A DNA stretch of 63,747 nt, filler included, from Octopus bimaculoides (lineage: Eukaryota), in the NCBI RefSeq assembly GCF_001194135.2. It is 6 parts of 6 records of this genome, joined end to end, with 100 filler letters (N's around TTAATTAATTAA, not from the genome) between each part and the next. Parts side by side here need not be neighbours in the genome. Positions count along the whole stretch, not along the records: positions 1 to 24,456 come from NC_068989.1; positions 24,557 to 39,277 come from NC_068981.1; 4 more parts are not named here. One strand, given 5' to 3'. Below the pieces are notes generated by a model, which saw only the letters and a program-made list of their open reading frames with translations, had not been told where the DNA came from and ran no database searches. How positions within the stretch are numbered: the first letter of the stretch is position 1; the number at the start of each line of letters is the position of its first letter. A program made the position numbers and the translations under genes. Positions 13,100 to 25,625 of this stretch are shown piece by piece.

Positions 13100-13540
13100 A
13101 ACTCTATCTTTTACTTGTTTCAGTCATTGGACTGCAGTCATGCGGGCCACTGCCCTGAAAGGTTTTAGTCGAACGAATCAATTTCAGCATTTATTTTTCT
13201 TAAGCCTGGTACTTATTTTATCGGTCTTTTTTTTTTTTTGAAGGAGCGCAAACAAACCATCATCGGTTGTCAAGCAGTGGCGGAGGGGGATAAACACAAA
13301 GACACGTACACAGATTTAAACATATATTCGTATGTGTGTGTGTGTGCGCGCGAGTCTATGTATGTACATGTGTGTGTGTGTGTGCGCGCAAGTGTATACT
13401 ACAGGCTTCTTTCAGTTTCCGTCTAGCAAATCCACTCACAAGGCTTTGTTCGGCCCAGGTCTATAATAAAAGACGCCCAACATTCCACACAGTAGGACTG
13501 AACCCGTGTTGAGAAACAGACTTCTTACCACACACCCATG
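13100..13540 (-). mobile_element. SINE family A, full-length
   Basis: Tail, body and head blocks all present in reverse orientation. Confidence 0.8.
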
Positions 13541-13899
13541 GATGGATGGATGGATGGATGGATGGATGGATGGAAAAGCATACTCTCTATGTTTTTGTTC
13601 GAGATATATTCAAATTCTTCTTCAGAGAATCCAAACCGATCGTTAACAAAGTAAGAAGACATGACACTTTTGTTTAAGTGAAGATAGTCCCAGGAATTTG
13701 TAAATATGTGGGTGAGTTAGTGTGTGCATACATGTAGATATTTGTGTAGTTATACCTGTACCCATGTAATGGTTGAGCATACCTAGAACACGAGTGTTAC
13801 TCTGTGTGTGTGTGTGTGTGTGTGTAATTACGTATATGCCATTTGCATACGTGTGATTGTGTGTTATATATTCATTCCAGGAAGCTAAAATAGAGATTC

Positions 13900-15760
13900 T
13901 TTTTGTTTTACAAATCTTCACTCGTTTGTACCACTCTCTGATCAATTGGGTCTGGAGGATTGTGATTACTTTACTTTTTATTTCTTGGAAAACGCCAGCA
14001 TTTTCAGGCTTTTATGAAAATCTGTTATTACATAACCTGGTGCGCCGATGATGATAGATACGAATGAAAAAAATCTATCACCTGAAAGCAAGAACAAGTT
14101 CTTCATTACTTTACCACAGATCACTTTTTTCACAACTTTAGACGAATCGCTCACATCATCTGGGCAGCTAGACTTAACAATAGAGAATGACTTCATTCCC
14201 TCGACCTGATGGTGTTCGCATCAGATTGGTGTTTTTATTGGAACATCCCATCACTGTTCTTCGTTTTTCAAGTTATGGATTCATTCTGGTTCTAGACTGG
14301 TTCTAACACCGTCAGATCAATCTTTTCTGATAGCTGTAAATAATTTTAGCAACACTGTCATGTCACATGGAAGGCGATGATGTAGGTCAGTGATTCTCTG
14401 CTACTGTTTTTCCCTATGGACCCTTTTGATTCATATTTTAATCTACTGGTCCTCCATAGACATTTGATGTTTAACCCTTTTGAGACACACGATGGTTTGA
14501 TATGTGTAGCCAAAAGAACAATTTTTTTTTTTGCGATACAACTACTGGAGAACGATCTCTGATTAGCTATTACACTTCAAAACCAACCATTCCCAACATT
14601 TGTTCCATCGGGAAGAATGGATCAGCCTCAAAGTTCTTTCAGCTTGGGCCGATCAATCGGCCTGAGTGTCCCAAGAGGGTTAAAAAATCTTATTATATTT
14701 TTATAATTCATTATTATTAGGAATTGTATATATAATTGCTAAAATAATTGCGTATTGTAGAAGTATAACCAATTTATTGGACATAATTTTTAACAACTAA
14801 ATCTTATATGGATCCCTAAGTGAGCCTGGTTGAGGACCACTGATGTAGGTGATATCTTCCATTCTTGTATGAGCCAAATGGACATTACCATCACACGGTG
14901 GAAATCTAGAGACATCTATATCTCTTTTAATGAGCAGGTATCTAGCAGGTCTGTCCTTTTTCAGAATAACGAAAGCGAATACGACTTGGTGGAATGGAAT
15001 ATGTGTCTGTCTCAGTATCACAAGCACAAAAGTGACCACTCCTCTTGTCAATGTTATTTTTATCCTCTAGTTTGCGGGATATGAATCAATGCATAACTTT
15101 CTGCCATTTGATGAATAAGTCTCTGCTTATGTAAGTTAGTCTTGCTACCCTTGGATCATTTGGAGTGACTGTATTCTCAGAAAACCTGTTTAGGAGTTCT
15201 AAACGACTCTGAAGTTGTTATTTTTCACTACTGAATATATACATAGGGTCTACTCATTTCTCCCTTTACCGCTCAGCAGGTACTGTCACAGTTTACAATA
15301 GATACTGAGTGATAAAGCTAGTACAAACAGTCTTTGTTATCTTATATCTCTCCTATTGTTCTCTCTAACAGAAATCCTATTAACCTTATCGTTGATATGA
15401 TTACAAGAGATGATTAACATCATTCTGGTCTTTATGTCTAAGTTGAGAATTTCTAAGTTGAGTGTTTAATCTAGTATTTTGATTGTTAGTACTTGTACTG
15501 CACTTCAAAAGTGTTATTAAATGCCGATAGTCTGTTGAAGTCCTCCTTCGTCGTTCTAACTATACTTACACAGCAGCGTATCCAACAATATACTCAATTC
15601 CGAGATACTTGTAGCATTTTTCATTGTTAATGGGAAATATTCCATTGATATAGGTACTCCTCATTTTAACAATAGTCTTTCCTCGATCGACTACTCAGTA
15701 TGAACACTTATCCCAATCATTCTCTATTTCTGTGTCTCATGGGAATATTGTGGCCAGCTC
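13900..15760 (-). mobile_element. Decayed RLE-type LINE (family B): RT end, zinc-knuckle region and endonuclease
   Basis: Minus-strand remnants with many stops and frameshifts: ..LDIKTRMM.. (about 15440), RYLLIKRD...EDITYISG (14800-14960), WDVPIKT and IVKSSCPDDV...FSFVSIIIGAPGY (14030-14250). Confidence 0.65.
14475..14679. mobile_element. piggyBac-like MITE inserted in the LINE
   Basis: TTAA (14471-14474) + CCCTTTTGAGACAC ... GTGTCCCAAGAGGG + TTAA (14680-14683); TIRs match 12/14. Confidence 0.8.
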
Positions 15761-15829
15761 TAGTGTCTCATGGCGTGAATATTACCCGAATACATCCCGA
15801 CGTAATAAAAAAAGATGTAGCATTTTTTT

Positions 15830-16060
15830 CACTCCTCCGCATATACAAGAATGAAGCCTTTGCATTTCCTCAACAAGACTAACATTACATCTCTCGTCTC
15901 CAAACTTCAGACATTCTGAAGGTGGGAAGTATTTGATGGTATGGTTTTTCATGCTGCTATATACTGTCTGTGAGTTTAATGCAAACTGACGAATAATCGT
16001 ACTTCGCTTTTGTAATTTCTTACGATAAGACATACCGCTCGTAGTTTATGCTTAAAGTTT
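15830..16060 (-). mobile_element. Possible pogo/Tc1-type HTH remnant
   Basis: GMSYRK..KRSTIIRQ...TIKYFPPSECLKF loosely resembles HTH_psq N-termini. No catalytic motif seen. Confidence 0.25.
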
Positions 16061-17284
16061 CAAGACATTGAACGTTCAGTACTGCTCGTCGGCAGTTCTC
16101 GTAGATTTTGGAGAGTCTCGCATAAAGGCAGCGCTCTGAGATCAAATCCCGTCATATTCAATTTAGATTTTCATTATTTTCGAGGTCGATGATAGGAAAA
16201 AAGTTACTAATCTAGAGCAGCGGATTGATTGACTTGTAAGAGCGTCAGACTAGCTGCGTTGTCGTAGTATCTGTACATTCTGAGTCTCAAATTGTGCCCT
16301 ATCACAGAAAAACGGTGATACTTATGTCGGGAGTTGCAACCGACAGATAGTATTAGCAATTTGAAAAACCAATGGAAATATATTTTGCTTGGTTCGATCT
16401 GAAAATTGACTGCCTCCACTACTACCAGCAACAACACCACCACCATCACCACCATCACCACCATCACCACCGCCATTACCACCAACATCATTAAGTCACT
16501 GATGGTGGTTTGTGAATTGGTTATTCACTGTGCATCCAATAATTGTATCCAATAGTTCGACGTTTTTGCTATAGTTAGTGATGTACTTTTGTAAAAAAAA
16601 GAAATCCATTTTGATCGTGTATTATCATTTCGATTCATCTCTGCTACTCCCATCTCTTGGCAAATAGTAACTGCAACACAATACAAACAGACATTCAATA
16701 TCCAAAAACTAGTTTCCTTGTGTGTCGGCTGATTTTCATCAACTTGATCGATCATTAATTAAGTCAGTAGATTTTGTTTATCGATCCTGTGTTATGATCA
16801 TTCTTCTCAGTTAGTGATTTGTTGATGTAAACAATGAAGTTAATCTTAAATATTAATGCGAGACATGTTTCGTTAGTGTGTCCGTGTATGGTGGCAGTCC
16901 CATCTCCGTGTTATTGTCAGCATTTTTGCTTTGGTCGTAGTTCCTTTTTATAGAAAATGTTCTCGAAGACATAAATTACAGGGCTAGTTATATTGTTGTT
17001 TACTGTGCATTTCTGAAGCTTCCCAATAAACGTGGGTTGTTGATGCTAAGGGTTCACACTGAAATGTTAGTAAATTGAATGATTTACATTCCAGTAATTC
17101 TTCATCGCTTTCGTGTAACTGATTGAAGGATGTTCCGTAGGCTTTTGTACAAGTTAGACAAGGCTTTAGTCAATTCCCCGGAAATTCTTAGCAATTCCGA
17201 AACCTGCGATTATTGTCCTCAATTTCCTGTATATGTATATATGTTGTTGTTGTTTTTTTTTTTGGTTTCTTTTTATTTCGTATT

Positions 17285-17640
17285 AAGTTTGACCAGCCAC
17301 CTGCTTGATGGCTTGGTTGTGAAAGAAAGCATCTTGTTTTGTTCATTTAACGGCGGTGCATCAGCATGGCCGCAGCTCTGAGCTGAAACTACAGAAAAAA
17401 AAACCTTTAAATTTTTGGAAGGTCTTGCAGATTAAAGAGAATCATGAAGATTATTACTGTCCCAGCCATCGTAATCATTTATAGCGTATGAATTAAGGAT
17501 CTGCATTTTCTCCAACAACCCAAGTTCAACCATGTTTTGATCTAGGCGGGTCCGTACGTATTCTTTTGGTCCGATGATAATAGATATGAAGCTGAAAGTG
17601 TATCTTGGGTAACTCCTTATCAATGGTTCGTAGACTTGCG
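17285..17640 (-). mobile_element. RLE-type LINE family B 3' fragment, interrupted by a SINE-A tail (about 17345-17400)
   Basis: YEPLIRSYPRYTFSFISIIIG; 3' UTR homologous to 9612-9700. Confidence 0.7.
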
Positions 17641-19713
17641 TATATACGTATATATATATATGTATGTATGTATGTATGCATGTATGTATACATGTATGCA
17701 TATGAGTGTTCGTGTGTTAGAATGGTGGCAGCTGATGAAGGAAATGTTCTCTATGTGGCCTGTGTGTTTTCTGTACTCTGTTTATGTTCTGTTTTTCATT
17801 TTGTCCACGTTTTTTTTGTAACGTCCTGTACCCAGATATGCATCTATATATACATGTAGATGTAGGTATGTACATACATGTACGTATATATGCATATACT
17901 CACATATTATTTGTATGTATATATGTATATATTTGTGTATGTGTGTACGTAAGCGTATTTATATATAAATTCATACATATGTATGTATATATATAAGTAT
18001 ATATGCGTTTGTATGTGTGTAAGTATATAATCATGTATATATAAATAAGTAGGTCGGTTAATATGTAGTTTGTTGTGTTAGACATGTATGTGATGGTGCG
18101 AGAGATAAATTACACCTAGTTTTACTCACACACGGTTGTAATATGACTCCCTTAACTGAAGGAAAACCTGACATGAAATACACAAATGAAGGATTCCTTG
18201 AACAACAACAACATCAACAGCGACATCAATAAAAGTATCACCACCGCTAATACCACCACCACCACTACCACCGTTGACTCCGCCACCCTAACATCAACAA
18301 CAGCAACAAAGAAGGACAACTAATGTATAGCTCTATCACTTAACTACAAAGATATCAAATTCCATCATACTGGTTCGGAAACTGTATTCTCGATCGTTCA
18401 GGCCTCACACAGAAAAAGTAATTTCCTGCCCACCCACCATCATATAGATAGTCTCTCTTTAGGAATTTCTTTTTTTCACTTCTTGTAATATAGGAAACCA
18501 AATTTCTAGGCGCTTCCTTAACAAAACACCATAACACCCAACACACTAGGTTTGTCATTTATTCTCTTTTGGAATGTAAAATAAGCATTGTTGTATTACA
18601 ACGGCTGACTGGAGAATGTGATGGTTTCTCAGTTCGGATGGAGTATCACGTTTTATCATCCTGTCAAGACTAAGAGAGATAAATATAGTAAATAAATAAA
18701 TGAATGGAAATAAAAAATATATAAATAATTATATTTTAAAAAAAAACAGTAATTTTGATTCGTGGTTGTTTTAGTGCTGTTGTATTAGTTTCTTGTTTCA
18801 GTAATTTTTTTAGCGTTCTTTTTTTTTTTTTTCATTTTGTGACGAAAATGTTTTTCTCATACACAATATAGGAACAGACACAGAAAATATACGTACCATA
18901 TACACATACATAGACGGCTGTACACACATTCTTACAAACATACATACATTCATTCAAACATATATATATACATACGTATATATATATATATACATATATA
19001 TATATACATNNNNNNNNNNNNNNNNNNNNNNNNNNNNNNNNNNNNNNNNNNNNNNNNNNNNNNNNNNNNNNNNNNNNNNNNNNNNNNNNNNNNNNNNNNN
19101 NNNNNNNNNATATATATGCATACGTATATATATATATATATATATATGTAGCAGTAGCCTAGAGTGTCTGGGAACCGCTAATTAAGATAACAATAACAGT
19201 CTGATAATATCCGTGATTATAATAAATTGCTTCCTCAGTATAGATGTGTGTGTGTGTGTCTTATTCTGTAATCTAGTTGATAAAATGTACATAAATCAAG
19301 GAAGAAAGCTGCACGCATACACACACGCCCGCGTGCAGACCCAATGCAATATAAATTAATTAATACTGTAGAATAATATGAGTATTTGGCTTTATCGTCC
19401 AAATACGCACAAGCAGACAGGTTATATATTTTCTGTGTTTCTTTATCAGTCAATAATATCCAGGAATAAATTCTCTGATGCTATACGTCTGATAAATGCG
19501 AGTAAAATTACATGCACACAGTAGAGGATCCGAAATAATTAATTCTTTATATAAATTTATCTCTACTCTCCTTTGTAAAATACGTCTGGCGTTATAGCTT
19601 CTTTTGATAGGGCATATGATTCATAGAATTAAAGTTACACAATTGAACTATATTGGATCTCATCCACCTCCTTTAGTTAAATAGTTTATATATACATACA
19701 TACATACATACAT

Positions 19714-19774
<61 letters not shown>

Positions 19775-20325
19775 TAAATGTAGAACGATGAAATGCGTGC
19801 TCAACACCGCATTGGTGGATAAACAATTTCTTTATTCGTGAATTAAGGCTACCATTGGTTTCATGTTGAGAAGAGCAGGAAAATATCCAAGTATCTTAAC
19901 AATTTTCCAGCCAATCGCATGGAGAAATGGTGGTGGACATGATGGTGGTGGACATGATGCACCACATGTGCTATATAATTAATGTTACGTGCCCTTTTAC
20001 CCACGAATAGTCAAAAGGAAAGCAAAAAATAGATATATACAATCCTTTTAAATACGAAATAGCCTAGCTTTGGAAAATAAAGACGGTGACGATAGTACAA
20101 ATTATTGTAGGGTCCAAGAAAACAGTATTAGAAGGCATCAAGAGGAATACAAAGGAAATCGGAATGGGGAGACCAATAGAACTGTTACAAAAGTTTTGCC
20201 TCCTTGGCATGGTCAGAACAATCAGAAAAGTATTAGATAGTTGAAAAGAAGAGATAGCATGGTACCGTAGGCTGCAGGCAGCAATTCCGCTACGCATGCA
20301 AGACTCCAGGAGTTCCAACAAAACA

Positions 20326-20380
<55 letters not shown>

Positions 20381-20810
20381 GACCAGATATAGATGTCAAA
20401 GATCATGAAGGAAAAAAAGGCTTTCTAATTGATGTATCAATACCAGCAGATGACAACGTTTCCCTTAAAGAAATGGAGAAACTTTCAAAATACAAAGACC
20501 TGGAAATAGAGGTAACTCGAATGTGGAATCTAAACACAGAAACAATTCCTATCATAGTAGGTGTCTTAGGTATAATAAAAAAATATTCAGACAAATACAT
20601 AGCAAAAACACCAGGGTTGACAAGTATATATCACATACAAAAAATAGCACTACTAGGCACCGCACACATCCTACATAAAACACTTTCAATACAGTAAAAA
20701 TGAGAGCATCTCAACAAACCACAGCACACACCCAAGGCACACAGTGCTGCGCTCGGTAGTGAAGTGAAAGCACGTTATAAAAATAAAACTACTGAATGAT
20801 AACGATAATA
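20381..20810 (+). mobile_element. R4/Dong-like RLE LINE, 3' end with 3' UTR (family A)
   Basis: RPDIDVKDHE.KKGFLIDVSIP..EKLSKYKDLEIEVTRMW..IPIIVGVLG..GTAHILHKTL: the PD..D and K..KY endonuclease motifs; preceded by (TAA)n. Confidence 0.85.
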
Positions 20811-20919
20811 TCATAATGAACACGGGTTACAAGCTGTGATGGTGAATGATAAATACAGGTTTTTATAACATTTCCCCATGAGACTGACCATTCAATTGAA
20901 GTAAGGAGATTAAATATGA

Positions 20920-21280
20920 GTGTAGAGGCATAAAACGAACAAGTGTAAGATCAGAGTTTTTGTAATGCCATATGATAATTGAGTGGATATACAAGACATT
21001 GAGAAAAATAAGTAATTTGAGGACCTAGTCAGAAAGATGAAGAGATTGCGGAAGCCGAAGATGTTAATAGTTCCTGTGATAATTAGTGCACTTGGCACAG
21101 ACACCAAAACTACTAACTAAGAGGCTGAATAATATTGGAATTGAGACACGTATTGTTGACCTGTGAAAGAGTACCATCCTGTTTTCTGCAAGAATCCTAT
21201 GAAAGATTGTTTTGAGACTTGTCGTCACCAAACTTCGAAACAACATCCCTGCTAACTAAAGTAACATGCAATAGCTTAAC
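20920..21280 (+). mobile_element. Second decayed RLE LINE 3' fragment
   Basis: Remnant of ..EK.K..EDL.RK..RL..PK.LIVPVIISALGT; followed by (AAT)n(GAT)n. Confidence 0.6.
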
Positions 21281-21472
21281 AATAATAATAATAATAATGA
21301 TGATGATGATGATGATGATGATGATTAATAATAATAGAGGCAAGAAAGATTATCAGAAAGGTTTTGAGCACTTGAAAGATTATTGAAAGCTTGTGAATAT
21401 CTAAAGGTTACAGGTAGTAACATGCTACCCACATAAATTCAACAAGGACTAAAAGCAAACCCGAGTCAAATC

Positions 21473-21522
<50 letters not shown>

Positions 21523-21989
21523 GCAACAGCAGCAACAACAACAACAACAATATCAATAATAATAACAACACCACCAACAACAATTTATTGGTCACGTGGG
21601 CTGAAAAACAGGGATAATTTGCTTCGTTCTCTCAGTTTTGTTTTTTAATCACATTTTCGTTTATGATTGAAAAAGTTGTCAAATTACCACACCAAGGTAT
21701 TTATTCATTTGGAATAAGTTTACCTGTTGTATGTTTTAGCTTCTTACAAACAAAATAAGGTTTTCTTTAGACCGCATGAGATTTTCACTGGATGGATTCT
21801 GCCTTAGTAAAAACATTTAATTAAACACGCAAAATTCAGATACTTATGTAAAATTATAAAACAGAACACAACACAAAGAAGAACATTAATACATGCAAAG
21901 TTCAAAATAATTCAAGCGTAAACTTTATTTAAACGGTATAAGAAAGAGTGTCAGTTTTGCTTCGGTCGCTAGTCAAAAGTAACTGATTC

Positions 21990-22490
21990 ATTTAGGTTGA
22001 ATTCCGAAAAAGCAAAGCACTTGGGAGAGGCATATTACAATGGACAATGCTTCCTTTACGTCGGGAAATATCGAGGAATTCGCATAGAAGAGAGTAACAC
22101 ACATGTCCTGTGTACAACAGAGGGAGTTTCCATATGCCCACAAAAAGAACAGTTGAGAGAAGCACTGGCCACTATTTAAAGAGATGTCATTTTCATCGAC
22201 CGGGATGGAGTAATATGGAGGTGTGAAGACGAAAGATCGAGGTGGTATGTCCACATGGTCGTACCACCTATATGTGAGATGGCAGAGCACAAAGATCACA
22301 GTTATGGACATTGATTCGGACATTGGATCTTGATTTTTCGTCACCTTCGTTGTACAGTATTGGTAGGTTGAGAGCCAAGGTTATCCAAAGGCGACGTCTG
22401 TTCGGTTGACTCTTGTTGGATCCATTAGTCCGACATTTCTATGACTGATGAAACACAACGATATCGAAACACCGGGTGTCACAGAGTCCT
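21990..22490 (+). mobile_element. Decayed Penelope-like element 3' end (GIY-YIG remnant plus hammerhead-like motif)
   Basis: Frame-broken remnants LYVGK..RIEE, EKHWPLF, DVIFIDRD, KDRGG resemble PLE GIY-YIG C-termini; followed by CTGATGA...CGAAACACCGGGTGTC. Confidence 0.45.
22430..22490 (+). ncRNA. Decayed type I hammerhead-like motif
   Basis: CUGAUGA 22445-22451, GAAA 22466-22469, stem III ACACC-G-GGUGU, GUC 22478-22480. Stems I and II are imperfect. Confidence 0.35.
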
Positions 22491-23478
22491 CTTACACTAA
22501 TTAATTATGTTATGAGCACACATTCGTCTTAAAGAAGTTGTTCTCCTATAGCATAACAGTTATTACACTGTGTAACGCGATTTTTGTCCTTGGGTAGCAA
22601 CTGTAATTTCTTATTTGCTTACCCCTAGAAAGAATGGAAAATGGTTAATATTTCATTCAAACTTTGCTTTTGTTACATTTATCTAAACCCCAAAGAATCC
22701 TTCTCAACACATAGCTATGATGCTCCCCCATTACTCCTGCTCATGATCTGAAATGCGCATATTGTCAGCCACTAAAAGACATACTCAAGTGGCTAAGATC
22801 ACGTAACTGACAAGTAAATATGTGGTATTGAGCAGGACGTTTTCTATAACGATATTTCTGCTTCAGCAACTCAGCGCTATATCTGTCTGAAATGTAATAG
22901 AAAATAGGTTAGCTTCAAAACATTGAGTCTACGTCACAAAAACAAAGGTTGAAGGGAATAGTAGTCGTTTCCTTTGGTTTCTCGACAGAATCAGATAGAA
23001 AATAACACTTACTGACCAAAAACAAAAAAATATATATATAGAAATTTTGTATTATATAGATATATATAACATCATGTGTTGAATCTGACACTTCGATTAA
23101 GATACCCTTCTTTTCCTGGTGGTCTTTAACAGTAATGTCTATTAAATTCACATTGACAACCCTGTGCGTGTCTGAAATGGCAGAGGCAACGACATACATA
23201 TAAGCACCCGTCTCTGTGAAAATACAAGTCCAATGTTTAACATCGTTTTACTTTGAAAATATTTAGAAGGAAGTGAATAAGTGAATTCATTGACTTTATT
23301 TATTACGCACACAGGGAAAATGTAAAATGTCGGGTTTAAATGTCATTATTATTTTTATTGTTTTCTCTTTATCACAGATTTTGTTGGAGCTCCTGCAGTT
23401 TTGAATGCGTAGCGGGCTTACTACCTGCAGCCTACGGTACTATGCTATTCGTCCTTTCAGCTATCTAATACTTTCCTG

Positions 23479-23516
<38 letters not shown>

Positions 23517-23614
23517 TACTATTACTATTATTATTATTATTATTATTATTATAGCTGTTGTTATTGTAGTCGTCGTCATTTTGTTATTTTTGCTCTTGCT
23601 ATTATCAATAGTGT

Positions 23615-24000
23615 GGAGGCGCAATGGCCGAGTGGTTAGAACAGCGGACTCGCGGTCATAGGATCGCGTTTTCGATTCCCAGACCGGGCGTTGTGAGTGT
23701 TTATTGAGCGAAAACACCTAAAGCTCCACGAGGCTCCGGCAGGGGATGGTGGCGAACCCTGCTGTACTCTTTCACCACAACTTTCTCTCAATCTTTCTTC
23801 CTGTTTCTGTTGTGCCTGTAATTCAAAGGGTCAGCCTTGTCACACTCTGTGTCACGCTGAATATCCCCGAGAACTATGTTACGGGTACACGTGTCTGTGG
23901 AGTGCTCAGCCACTTGCACGTTAATTTCACGAGCAGGCTGTTCCGTTGATCGGATCAACTGGAACCCTCGTCGTCGTAAGCGACGGAGAGCCAACAACAT
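23615..24000 (+). mobile_element. tRNA-derived SINE, family B, full-length
   Basis: A-box TGGCCGAGTGG, B-box-like TTTCGATTCCC; body homologous to 47274-47575; ends in CAACAACA. Confidence 0.85.
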
Positions 24001-24004
24001 TATC

Positions 24005-24036
<32 letters not shown>

Positions 24037-24416
24037 CGGCGGCGGTGGTGGTGGTGGTGGTAGATGTCGTCGTCGTCGTCCTCGTGGCTGTTGTTAGTGA
24101 TGGTAGTGGAAGTAGTGATTATTGTTGGTATTTCTGGTCGTGGTGATGGTGGTGCTTCAGTCTTGTTCTTCTTGTGCTGATAAACCAAATGCCATCAATA
24201 TACGCCACTCCTCATCCTCCTCTTCTTGTAGCTAAATAAAGAAGTACTATCATTATTGACATTTTAAAATATGTGTGTGCATGCGTGTCTGTGCATGCTT
24301 GTAAATATGTGCGTATGTATACATTTGTGTGTGTGTGTGCGTACGTCTTAACATATATATATTCAATATATACATATATTGATAAATACACACATACATA
24401 GATATACATTTACATA

Positions 24417-24456
<40 letters not shown>

Positions 24457-24556
24457 NNNNNNNNNNNNNNNNNNNNNNNNNNNNNNNNNNNNNNNNNNNN
24501 TTAATTAATTAANNNNNNNNNNNNNNNNNNNNNNNNNNNNNNNNNNNNNNNNNNNN
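24457..24556. other. Synthetic joining spacer 44N-TTAATTAATTAA-44N
   Basis: Exactly 100 bp; the linker (24501-24512) has stop codons in all six frames. Confidence 0.95.
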
Positions 24557-24695
24557 ATATATATATATATATATATATACATACATATTTCTCCCATTTT
24601 TCTATTCCTCTGTAAATATATATCTATATTTGGGTCAGTAGAGTTATTTGGCACAATGTATTTATTCTTGAGAAATTCTAATTGTTAATTCTTAC

Positions 24696-24764
24696 CTGTA
24701 TTCACCTGATGAAAACGATTTTTCTTCCATGATGTAACACTTCTATTCATCAATAAAGACTCGT
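24696..24764 (-). other. Candidate 69-nt exon (unidentified gene)
   Basis: Minus strand TCTGTTTCAG|ACGAG...TACAG|GTAAGA; contains ACATCATGG (MEEKSFSSGEY..) and an open frame ESLLMNRSVTSWKKNRFHQVNT. Confidence 0.25.
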
Positions 24765-25573
24765 CTGAAACAGATGTAGTGAACCACAACCCATCTGTTG
24801 TTATGTGTGATTGTGTTTGTGCATGTTTGTGTATGTGTCTGTATGTGTGTCTGTGTATGGGTGTAGTATATATGCTTGTATGTATGCATATATATAAATA
24901 TGCAGAGAGATAGAGAAATAGACATAGATAGGTGCAGAGATATGGACATGTGTGTGTGCGTTTGTGAGTGTTTGAGTGTGCGTGTGTATGTAAATACACA
25001 TACAAGAAGATAAAAGGAAGGAAAGATCTATGCTCATGCATCTTTACATACATACTTATACTGAGGAAGTATGTGTATATGTAAGTTTTCCACACATATT
25101 ATTGCAACTCATATGTTCGTCCTTTGATCACTCTCACTGCATTTCTCATGGAAAAAGAAACAAGATTATTTTAATATGAGAGAAACAAAGTATATCTGTA
25201 TTCAGAAGTACTATCTTTCATTCTTTTTTTCTACTGCGATAGAGATATACGAGATACTGTCTGCTCCTGAGGCATGATATAGTTGAGGTACAAAGACTAT
25301 TAACAATGCTCCTTAGCAGTGAAGATGTGTAAGACAACCCCAAAATTCTCCATCTGAGATTTTTAAGTGAAGATATGCACACACCTGAGTGTATGCAACG
25401 ACAGTTAGCCAACATACCAACTCAGCCACATATTTACAAACACCAGGAACTCTCTCAAGAAGAACTTAAATAAAACACAAAAGATCACACACACACGCTC
25501 GCGCGCGAGCACATACGTATGCATACATGCATACATCCATACATACATATATACGTACATACATATATAGTAA

Positions 25574-25625
<52 letters not shown>

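Noticed and set aside
23378-23436. + strand exon candidate (polypyrimidine-ACAG ... ACG|GTACTA; FCWSSCSFECVAGLLPAAY)
   Set aside because: Weak donor, no recognisable peptide, no supporting neighbouring exons.
23615-23690. tRNA-like sequences (also 47274, 58959, 5628, 12537)
   Set aside because: A/B boxes are present but no complete cloverleaf, and each continues into a SINE body; not tRNA genes.
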